Assembly: GCA_051313645.2 (NCBI GenBank)
Contig: JBNRSN020000019.1
Span: forward strand, 58,776,001 to 58,840,000
Direction: 5' to 3'
Length of the DNA: 64,000 bases
DNA from: Centroscyllium fabricii
Lineage: Eukaryota
Part shown: positions 23,518 to 32,237 of the stretch, one piece after another
How positions within the stretch are numbered: position 1 is the stretch's first letter
Layout: every line of letters starts with the position of its first letter
Translations under genes and position numbers: made by a program
Notes under the pieces: generated by a model
What the model saw: the letters and a program-made list of their open reading frames with translations, nothing else
The model's database searches: none
Told to the model about the DNA's origin: nothing

Positions 23518-26500
23518 CTATACAATGGTAACCATATAAGGGTTACCACATTCACCCCTTCTTAAAAACTTTGAGTCCGGGGGAGGGGGTGAATGTACGG
23601 AACAGTTCATAATCAGTCTCTCCGGCGGTCGCGTTTGTCTTGCGGACCGCCGGGGTTCCGGTGTTGGTGGTGATGCCTCCATGGTCGAATAGCCCGCCTC
23701 CGTCGGTGCTGTAACTTCTGGACGTGGTGGGTTCTGCTGGGCCTCGTCGTCTGGTGCATCGGCGGGGAAACTCGGGGCCCATCTTGTCTCTGGTGGTAGG
23801 TCGACCTGCTGGCCAGCAGGAGGCGCTGTGGCGGTGTTGCCGGCCGGGGCCAGGTCCCTGATGGACACGGTGTCCTCACGCCCGTCTGGGAACTGCACAA
23901 AGGCATAGTGCGGGTTGGCGTGTAGGAGCTGTACCTTGTCCACCAGGGGGTCCGTCTTGTGGCACCGAACGTGCCGCTTAAGGAAAACCGGCCCCGGAGT
24001 CGTCAGCCATGGTGGGAGCGCCGTCCCCGAAGTTGACTTCCTGTTGAAGGAAAAAACAAGATCGTGCGGGGTGGCGTTAGTAGCAGTACATAGTAATGAC
24101 CTGATAGAGTGCAGCGCGTCTGGGAGGACTGCCTGCCAATGGGACACTGAAAGGCCCCTGGACTTGAGAGCCAGGGTGACCGCCTTCCAAATGATCCCAT
24201 TCTCCCTTTCTACCTGGCCGTTCCCCCGGGGGTTATAACTGGTCGTCCTGCTCGTGGCAACCCCTTTCTGGAGCAGAAACTGGCGCAGTTCATCGCTCAT
24301 GAACGATGACCCCCGGTCGCTATGGATGTAGCTGGGGAGACCGAAGATGGCGAACAGCGTGGTGAAGTGTTTTATCACCGTTGCGCTCGTCATATCTGGG
24401 CAGGGGAAGGCGAAGGGGAAGCGGGAGAACTCATCCACTACCGTGAGGAAGTATGAGTTGCAGTCGATGGAGGGGAGGGGGCCTTTGAAGTCTACGCTGA
24501 GGCGTTCAAAGGGGCGGGTGGCCTTAATGAGGTGCGCCGTGTCTGGCCGGAAAAAGTGGGGTTTGCACTCGGCGCAGACAGGGCAATCTCGGGTCATAGC
24601 CTTGATCTCCGTGATGGAGTAGGGGAGGCTACGGGATTTGACAAAGTGGGCTAATCTGGTGACACCCGGGTGGCAGAGGCGGTCGTGGAGATCCTTCAGC
24701 CGGTCTAGCTGGGCACTGGCGCACGTTCCCCTGGACAGTGCGTCCGGGGGTTCATTGAGTTTTCCTGGTCGGTAAAGAATGTCATACTCGTAAGTCGAGA
24801 GTTCGATCCGCCACCACATGATCTTATCATTCTTGATTTTACCCCGTAGTTTATTATTAAACATAAACACTACCGACCGTTGGTCGGTGAGCAGGGTAAA
24901 ACGCTTACCGGCCAGGTAATGACGCCAGTAGCGCACGGCCTCCACGATGGCCTGGGCCTCCTTTTCCACTGCAGAGTGGCGAGTCTCGGGTCCCTGTAAG
25001 GTGCGGGAGAAAAACGCTACGGGCCTGCCTGCCTGATTCAGGGTGGCAGCAAGAGCAAAGTCCGAAGCGTCACTCTCCACCTGGAAAGGGATGGATTCAT
25101 CAACAGCGAGCATGGTCGCTTTGATAATATCTTCCTTTATCCTTTCGAATGCCTTTTGGGCTTCTATAGAAAGGGGGAAGACGGCAGCCTTGAGGAGTGG
25201 TCTAGCCTTGTCTGCGAACTGCAGGACCCATTGTGCATAGTAGGAGAAAAATCCTAGACATCTCCTCAAGGCTTTGGGGTTTTGAGGTAAGGGCAGTTCT
25301 AGCAGGGGTCGCATACGCTGTGGGTCGGGGCCGAGGAGCCCGTTCTCCACCACGTATCCGAGGATGGCGAGCCGGGTTGTATTAAAGACACACTTGTCTT
25401 TGTTATACGTAAGGTCCAGCTTAGCCGCCATGTTGAGGAAATTGGCCAGATTGGCATCGTGGTCCTGCTGGTCGTGGCCGCAGATGGTCACGTTGTCCAA
25501 GTAGGGGAAAGTGGCCTGCAAGTCATTCTGGTCAACCATACGGTCCATCTCCCGTTGGAACACAGACACTCCGTTGGTCACGCCAAAGGGGACCCGGAGG
25601 AAGTGGTAGAGCCGACCGTTCGCCTCAAAGGCGGTGTAGGGGCGGTCGGCTTTCCGAATCGGGAGCTGGTGATACGCCGACTTAAGGTCGATTGTGGAGA
25701 ACACCTTGTACTGGGCGATCTGATTGACCATTTCCGAGATGCGGGGGAGGGGGGAGGCGTCGAGCCCGGTGTAGCGGTTGATAGTCTGGCTGTAATCGAT
25801 AACCAGCCGCTGTTTCTCACCAGACTTCACCACTACAACTTGGGCGCGCCAGGGACTGGTGCTGGCTTCAATAATCCCCTCCTTCAGCATCCGCCCGACC
25901 TCCGACCTGATAAACGCTCGGTCCCCCTCACTGTACCGCCGACTCTTGGTGGCGATTGGTTTGCACTTTGGGTCGAGGTTGGCGAACAGTGAGGGGGGGT
26001 CGATTCTCAGGGTGGAGAGGCCGCAGGCCGGGGTCCGCTTCGGGGGGAGATTGTCCCGGCTACTGAGGGTGAGGGGGGGTAAAGTCCCGCCGAACTCCAT
26101 GGTCACGCTCCTGAAGTGGCACTGGAAATCCAAGCCTAGTAAGGCTGGGGCACACAACTTTTTGAGGGTATAAAATTTAAAATTGCGGTACACGCGTCCC
26201 TGGACGGTGAGCGTGACGGAGCAGTAGCCGGTGACGTCCGCGGTGTGGGACTGTGAAGCTAGGGACACTTGGTAGTTGGTGGGCAGGACCTGCAGCCCGA
26301 AACGCCGCACTGTATCAGGGTGAATGAAGCTCTCGGTACTGCCCGTGTCAAGGAGGCAGTCGACGGTATGGTTATTAATCATAATAGGTATTATGGAATT
26401 AGACAGGTGATGGGGCTTGCTTTGGCTAACTGTGGTTGTAGCAGCCCCTGCTGATGGGGACTGTGCACAAAATGGCGCCGCCCTTGGTTCGCACATGGAG

Positions 26501-27933
26501 AAGCCCTGGATACAAGATGGCGGCGCCCTTGGCTCGCACATGGAGGGGCCCTCGATACAAGATGGCGCCGCCCTTGGCTCGCACATGGAGGGGCCCTGGA
26601 TACAAGATGGCGCCGCTCCTGGCTCGCACATGGGGGGGCCCTGGATACAAGATGGCGCAGCCCCTGGTCCGCAGTTGGTGGGGCCCCGTATACAAGATGG
26701 CGCCGTCCCTGGTTCGCACATGGAGGGGCCCTGGGCGCAAGATGGCGTCTTCCGCGGCTCGCACATGGAGGGGCCTAGGTTGCGGGGTAGCGTTACTGCG
26801 GGGCCCTGATGCGTTGGCGGTGCCCGTGATTCGCACGCAGCAAACCGCGGTGAACGCGCTGGCGGCGCCCGTGGTTCGCACGCAGCTAACCGCGGTGGAC
26901 GTGCTGGCGGTGCCCGTGATTCGCACGCAGCTAACCGCGGTGAACGCGCTGGCGGCGCCCGTGGTTCGCACGCAGCTAACCGCGGTGGACACGCTGGCGG
27001 TGCCCGTGATTCGCACGCAGCCGGCCGCGTTGTAAGATCGCGTTTGGCCGGTCGCCGCTGCATCGAGGTGGGGGAAGGGGGCGCTTGCCGTCGCTGAATA
27101 GCACTGCAAATGCAGCTTACCTGATGGTGGTTGCTCTCACAGGCTGCACTTTTGTACCTTTTTGGCGCTGCGGCTGGAGTGGATCTGCAGGCCTTGGCGA
27201 AGTGTCCCTTCTTGGAGCATTTTTCGCAGGTCGCCGTCTTGGCTGGGCATTTTGCTCTGGGGTGCAATCCTTGGCCGCAGAAATAGCAGTGTTTGTGCTT
27301 AGTGTCCGTGGTGGCCGTCGCGGCCATCGTGGGGCTCTCAATCCGTGACGCCTGTTGTGGCGCGGCCCATATGTTGTAGACTTGATGGCTGGTACCACCG
27401 TACGTCTGCGATTTATTACGGGCCCCCTCCACCGATTTGGCTAACGTGGTTGCCTCCTCAAGGGTCAGATTGTCCTTTTCCAGTAGCCTCTGACGGGCTA
27501 CTGCACATCTTAGTCCTGAGACATGGGCGTCCCGGAGGAGGAGGTTTTCCTCCTGTGCCACAGTCAATCCACCCTTGCAGCCACAGGCCCGTATCATGCC
27601 CCGGAGCGCTTGCTCAAACTCGTCGTTTGACTCACCGGGTAATTGAGATCGGGTCGCTAGTAGGTGGCGGGCATAGACAGAGTGGACCGGGCGCTCATGG
27701 TACTTTTTGAGGGTCGGCAAAGTTTCCTCATAGGTTGTAAGGTCCTCGACAAGGGTGAAAACCCTGCTGGAGATCCTGGATAGCAGGACTTGGAGTTTGT
27801 CCTCGTCCTTGGTAGCCTTGGCTGCTGCCATGTAGGCCTTTAGTAATCCGAACCAGTGCTTGAAGGTGGCTGGTGCCGCGGCCTCCTGGGGGCTAATGTC
27901 CAGCTCCCTAGGCTTTACCATGCTGCTCTCCAT
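23518..27933 (-). CDS. Element B single gag-pol ORF, 1471 aa, uninterrupted
   Basis: Two zinc knuckles (CYFC...H...C, CEKC..GH...C), DTGS protease, RT (YLDN), RNase H, integrase HHCC/DDE. Confidence 0.95.
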   Translation of the reverse strand: MESSMVKPRELDISPQEAAAPATFKHWFGLLKAYMAAAKATKDEDKLQVLLSRISSRVFTLVEDLTTYEETLPTLKKYHERPVHSVYARHLLATRSQLPGESNDEFEQALRGMIRACGCKGGLTVAQEENLLLRDAHVSGLRCAVARQRLLEKDNLTLEEATTLAKSVEGARNKSQTYGGTSHQVYNIWAAPQQASRIESPTMAATATTDTKHKHCYFCGQGLHPRAKCPAKTATCEKCSKKGHFAKACRSTPAAAPKRYKSAACESNHHQVSCICSAIQRRQAPPSPTSMQRRPAKRDLTTRPAACESRAPPACPPRLAACEPRAPPARSPRLAACESRAPPARPPRLAACEPRAPPARSPRFAACESRAPPTHQGPAVTLPRNLGPSMCEPRKTPSCAQGPSMCEPGTAPSCIRGPTNCGPGAAPSCIQGPPMCEPGAAPSCIQGPSMCEPRAAPSCIEGPSMCEPRAPPSCIQGFSMCEPRAAPFCAQSPSAGAATTTVSQSKPHHLSNSIIPIMINNHTVDCLLDTGSTESFIHPDTVRRFGLQVLPTNYQVSLASQSHTADVTGYCSVTLTVQGRVYRNFKFYTLKKLCAPALLGLDFQCHFRSVTMEFGGTLPPLTLSSRDNLPPKRTPACGLSTLRIDPPSLFANLDPKCKPIATKSRRYSEGDRAFIRSEVGRMLKEGIIEASTSPWRAQVVVVKSGEKQRLVIDYSQTINRYTGLDASPLPRISEMVNQIAQYKVFSTIDLKSAYHQLPIRKADRPYTAFEANGRLYHFLRVPFGVTNGVSVFQREMDRMVDQNDLQATFPYLDNVTICGHDQQDHDANLANFLNMAAKLDLTYNKDKCVFNTTRLAILGYVVENGLLGPDPQRMRPLLELPLPQNPKALRRCLGFFSYYAQWVLQFADKARPLLKAAVFPLSIEAQKAFERIKEDIIKATMLAVDESIPFQVESDASDFALAATLNQAGRPVAFFSRTLQGPETRHSAVEKEAQAIVEAVRYWRHYLAGKRFTLLTDQRSVVFMFNNKLRGKIKNDKIMWWRIELSTYEYDILYRPGKLNEPPDALSRGTCASAQLDRLKDLHDRLCHPGVTRLAHFVKSRSLPYSITEIKAMTRDCPVCAECKPHFFRPDTAHLIKATRPFERLSVDFKGPLPSIDCNSYFLTVVDEFSRFPFAFPCPDMTSATVIKHFTTLFAIFGLPSYIHSDRGSSFMSDELRQFLLQKGVATSRTTSYNPRGNGQVERENGIIWKAVTLALKSRGLSVSHWQAVLPDALHSIRSLLCTATNATPHDLVFSFNRKSTSGTALPPWLTTPGPVFLKRHVRCHKTDPLVDKVQLLHANPHYAFVQFPDGREDTVSIRDLAPAGNTATAPPAGQQVDLPPETRWAPSFPADAPDDEAQQNPPRPEVTAPTEAGYSTMEASPPTPEPRRSARQTRPPERLIMNCSVHSPPPPDSKFLRRGECGNPYMVTIV
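26456..27025 (-). repeat. 45-bp in-frame tandem repeats between nucleocapsid and protease of element B
   Basis: 15-aa units ACE(S/P)RAPPA..PRLA and MCEP.AAPSCIQGPS. Confidence 0.9.
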
Positions 27934-28213
27934 TTTAAGATTATCAATTAAAATTGTAGCGTAGTCGCTAACTCAATTAAAAGGCGACTCGTAAGTACCG
28001 AAATACAAGGCTTTTAATTGATAAAGAATGGAGCTAGTCTCCTCACAAGTTCACATACAGGAATGAAGGAGCTGGGCCAGACCACACCTTATATCGGTGC
28101 CCCCACCTGGGGGAGGAGTCGGGGGTGTGGCTGACCTGGCTCCCAGCAGCATCTACACAATGCATCTATACAATGGCATACTATACAATGGTAACCATAT
28201 AAGGGTTACCACA

Positions 28214-28871
28214 AGTAGCACCAGCCGGTGCTAGAGGGACACGGTTGTCTGGGTGGGCGCGGGGCCCTAGGTTCAGGCATGAGGTTGGGCCTGGGGGACG
28301 AGTGGTTGCGCTCGATAGATGCGGCGTTAGGGTCGCACGTGGTTGAGCGGGTGCGCTCTGCCGCCATGAGCCTGTCGGCTGCCTCAGCGAGCTCGTCGTC
28401 GCTCCGCTGGCCAAGGGCCGCCAGGGCCGGTCTGATGGAGCTGGGTAGTTTGAGGAGGAAAACGGTGCAGAACAGGGAGGCGGGATCGGCGGTGAGCGCT
28501 TGCATCTGACCCAAAAGGTCTGATGGGTCTGCGTCCCCGAGTTTGGGGAGGTTAAGGAGCTGACAGTCGCACTCGAATTGAGAGGGGGTAAAAAAAATTA
28601 TGAGCGCGGCCTTGAGGGACTCGTACCTGCCTGTAGTGGGCACACGCTGTAGTTTGGACCACATCCGATCGATCGTCGATTGTGGTAGGGCTGAGAAGAC
28701 CAGGTCGTAGCGGTCGTCCCCCTGGACGTCATGTGTGCGGCAGCTGGTTTCAATACACATAAACCAGGCCGCTGGCCGTTGCTCCCAGAACTCTGGCAGG
28801 GTAAGTCTGTGCCCGAAGTTCTGGCCAAGTCCTTGGGTTCGTGGAGCTTGGTTCCCTGCTCTTGCAGCCAT
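28214..28871 (-). CDS. Element A gag (5' part, broken by B)
   Basis: LPEFW..RPAAWF motif; after removing B it joins CYYH...PC and pol in frame. Confidence 0.88.
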
Positions 28872-29374
28872 GTTTTCCCTTTTAAAGTGTCCTTAGGCTG
28901 GTGATCCTTGATCTTGCGGCAGCTTTTTTTCTTTGGAAGTCGTTCCAATTCGAGGTCACCACTGTAGCGCCAGCAAGGCCTAGAAACCACGCGTGAGCCA
29001 GAGAGCTAGAGAAAACACTAGTTTAATGCATTACAGTTACACAGGAAGAGAGTGAACCACTCGAAGCAGGCTTATTTAAACTGCCCGCCGTTGGTGATGT
29101 CATCACGCCGGAAGTCGTGGTGACGTCATCGCGTCACCCGGATGAGCGGGGCCATGCCCCACAGTGTTCCCGTGGCGGATTCGGTGCCCTAGTGGGCGTG
29201 CCGTCACAGTATCGATGTATTTATCCTGTTGGGCTGTAAATGCCCAAATAGTGATGCAGGCTTGAGGGCCAGGGTGTTTTGAGAAGGCACAGCAGTTTGC
29301 ACAATGGTTTTCTCGATCACCCAGCAAGCTTGTTGCCACTCAAATCCACGAACAGAAAATGGAGTGGGAGCAGT

Positions 29375-29467
29375 CTCTCTCCACCGATGCTGCCTGGCCT
29401 GCTGAGTTTCTCCAGCGTTTTCTGTTGTTATTTCGGATTTCCAGCATCCGCAGTATTTTGCTATCGC
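29375..29467 (+). mobile_element. 93-nt Penelope terminal-segment insertion with 17-bp TSD
   Basis: aatggagtgggagcagt at 29358-29374 and 29468-29484; body matches the 37300-37390 tail. Confidence 0.8.
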
Positions 29468-30638
29468 AATGGAGTGGGAGCAGTTTGCTAGCCCACCTGC
29501 TCCATCTGCTGTTCCAGCAGAGAACTGTCACAACTTACCCAATAAGGGCAGGTGAGTATTTACATTTAACATTAAGAATCAAATTAGATCTGCTGGCTCA
29601 GAGTTTATTGTTTTACAACTAGAATTGTAGGACCTACTTAGCCTGTTTCTTCTTCATTTAAGTACCAACATTATTTTATAAGTTGTGACCTTGTGTGTGT
29701 CAATTTGTCAGCCAGAATACTTACAATGTTACATGAACTCCTCCAGTCCTGTTGATTTTGCAATTGTGACAATATTTTCTTTAATTGCATAATTGAAGCA
29801 TTATAAGAAACACTTATTCGGTTTATTACTACATCAGTAGTTGCATTCTAGTGCTTTGCTAATGTAAAGTACACATTGAAATTTCTGCTGCTAAATCCAG
29901 TCTGTGCAGATTTTTCGGTCATTAATATGTACCTGTTCCCAGATATTACCAGTATGTATTTCAGAGGTTATAAAGATAATTTTACCCTGAGCATTGGTGT
30001 GTGGGTTGACTTAAAAACTCAATTGGTTAGGACGTTATTAAAATGGAGCAAGCTATGTGTCACTATGTCAGTTAAATAGTTTGTGTGAGTCATACCCAGA
30101 GCTTTCCTTTCTTACCTTGACCATTCATAAATGTTGGTCATTTTTATTATTCAGTCTCACAAGTAGTCATTTCTTTCTGCTCCTAATATCTTTTCTACTG
30201 CTACCCTCTTTTCCTAAAGGCACCAACACTTTCTGGGGTGCATTTATAATGAGTGCTTCCTGTACCTCACACAAGTGTCAATTATCCAAGTATGAGCCTT
30301 GACAGTGAGTGTCAGCAGGCTATTTGACTGTGGAGGGCACCACAGCTGAGTCCAATTCCATTCTCACTCGATAGCCATTTTTGCCTGATACAATTTCCAG
30401 CAGAAGTCAGTGGCTAGCCGCCAGCACCAGAAGTCTTTTTCATTTTTATTTTCCTGTCTAGTCCGGGATCGGTGAGGTCAGTCGTAGCGTCCTAATCGTT
30501 TCTGCAGCAGAGATCGGATCACTCTGCACAGACTAGGAGCTGGACTTGGAATTTTGTGGTTTAGTGATAATCCACAGGGAGTCACTTCTTGTGCCAATCT
30601 TTCATGTTCTGCCCTTTTTTTTTGTATATTCTTTCCAG

Positions 30639-30803
30639 CATCTCCGAAACTAAGATTGAATGCACTACGCGTGCCCACACTTCCTTGCTGACTTATTCTG
30701 TGGTTTTAAAAATAGACTCTGCTGTCCGTGAAGTCAAAAATTCTTTCATGTATGTGGAAAATCCATCTATCAGCAATATTTATCCAGTTTGGTCATTTAG
30801 CAG
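30639..30803 (+). CDS. MET: MET exon 9 equivalent: ISETKIECTTRAH...VVLKIDSAVRE...ENPSISNIYPVWSFS
   Basis: ttccag acceptor, ag|gtgag donor, phases 2/2, LKID.A.RE motif. Confidence 0.92.
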
Positions 30804-30890
30804 GTGAGACACAGTCTATGGCTCGGTTTTAATCTGTGTCCCTTTTCAAGCACTGGACAGTGGGAGCTCATATTTTTCTCTTCATTGCAG

Positions 30891-30990
30891 TGGAGGGAGC
30901 ACAGTTACAGTGAAAGGAATGAATTTGAATTTTGTACAGTCCCCCCAGATGGTAATCACTGTACAGCAAATACCAAAGGCTTTTCATGTG
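30891..30990 (+). CDS. MET: MET exon 10 equivalent: GGSTVTVKGMNLNFVQSPQMVITV...
   Basis: tgcag acceptor, gtg|gtaag donor, 100 nt after an 87-nt intron. Confidence 0.93.
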
Positions 30991-31044
30991 GTAAGTTTTC
31001 CATGCACCTCTGGTTGATATGACCTGACCATGTATAACTGTTAC

Positions 31045-31485
31045 ATAGGAAGATAGGAACAGGAGTTGGTTATTCAGCCCTTCGAGCCTTTTCCGCCATT
31101 TAATTAGATCATGGCAGACCTGTGCCTAAACTTCATTTACCCGCCTTGGCACCACCTCCCTCGATACCATTACCACTAAAAATCTGTCGATCTCAGTCTT
31201 GAAAATGTCAATTAACCCAGCATCTGCAACCTTCTGGGGGGGGGAGAATTCCAGATTCCCACTACCCTTTATATGAAAAATGCTTCCGGATTTCACCCCT
31301 GAATGGCCGAACTCTAATTTTAAGGTTGTGCCCCCTTGTTCTGGACACCCCCACCAGTGGAAATAGTTTCTCTGTATCTACCCTATCAAATCATTTCATC
31401 ATGTTAAACACCTCAATTAAATCAGACCTCAACCTTCTAAACTCAAGGAAATACAAGCCAAGCTTATGCAACCTGTCCTCATAAC
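31045..31485 (-). mobile_element. CR1 LINE 3' fragment
   Basis: Similar to CR1 tails at 2625 and 43218. Confidence 0.8.
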
Positions 31486-31585
31486 TTTTTTAGCTGATAC
31501 TTAAGAGTCAAATAATGGATGACACTCCCAAATTGTCTTTAAAATGATTGTTCTTAGTTCCTTTCCAAAGTCTTTTTTGGTACTA

Positions 31586-31896
31586 CATGTACACAATCCC
31601 TTAACCGCAACTCCGAAAACCAAAAAGCTCCGAAAACCAGAGTTGCGCCAAAATAATATTTTTTCTTAAATAAATTGAACGAAGTGACCAGCTGCAGCAT
31701 TTATCACTGAGAAAAAATACATTTTTACCTAAGGGCAAGGTTACAGGTTGCTGTTGATGCCGTGCTAAGGAAATAAACCGTTGATAAGCCGTTCCCCGCC
31801 TGCGCACTGGGCCGCCAACACGGCAATGCGCATGCGCACTGGGCATCGTCCCGAAAACCGAGATCTAAGGGTTTCGGATAAGGGATTGTGTACCTG
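31586..31896. mobile_element. Tc1/mariner (Tigger-like) MITE
   Basis: TA flanks, TIRs catgtacacaatccctta / taagggattgtgtacctg. Confidence 0.85.
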
Positions 31897-31953
31897 TATT
31901 TCCCCTTTAATCTGTTACCATTAAAAAAAAATCATTAATTATTCCAAACCTCC

Positions 31954-32237
31954 TGACGTATCGTCAATAAGACAAAGACGAGTAGTTACCTTAACTAGAG
32001 GCTTTTAATCACTTTACAATGGAGCTAGTCTCCAGTCGAACATTGAGTGCAGAATGGATGGGGGCAGGTCAGACCTCACCTATAAAGGGCCCTCACCTGA
32101 GGGGAGGAGTTAGAGGTGTGGCTGACCTGACCTCACGACAGTGTCGTTATACAAAACTATATACAATGCACCCAGCCACTATACATGCTGGTCTGTAGTG
32201 TGCTCAACTATATACAATGGTAATCATGATTACCACA
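31954..32237 (-). mobile_element. Solo LTR (E) related to the LTRs of elements C/D/B
   Basis: TG..CA, TSD cctcc, shared ccaggtcagccacacctctaactcctcccc-like core and ttgacgatacgtca end. Confidence 0.92.

Larger units (their letters stand above)
23292..28213 (-). mobile_element. Gypsy LTR retrotransposon B (Mag-like), full length, LTRs 23292-23550 and 27955-28213
   Basis: 259-bp TG..CA LTRs with 3 differences, TSD agtag, PPT aagaaggggtgaa. Confidence 0.96.
19836..29208 (-). mobile_element. Gypsy LTR retrotransposon A (CsRn1-like), LTRs 19836-20081 and 28963-29208, interrupted by element B
   Basis: 246-bp TG..CA LTRs with 4 differences, TSD gtat, PBS tggtgacctcg (tRNA-Trp-like), PPT ggggggag. 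Confidence 0.95.

Noticed and set aside
26417-27109. Repetitive ORFs on other frames and strands as separate genes
   Set aside because: By-products of GC-rich 45-bp repeats lacking stop codons; the true frame is the gag-pol of B
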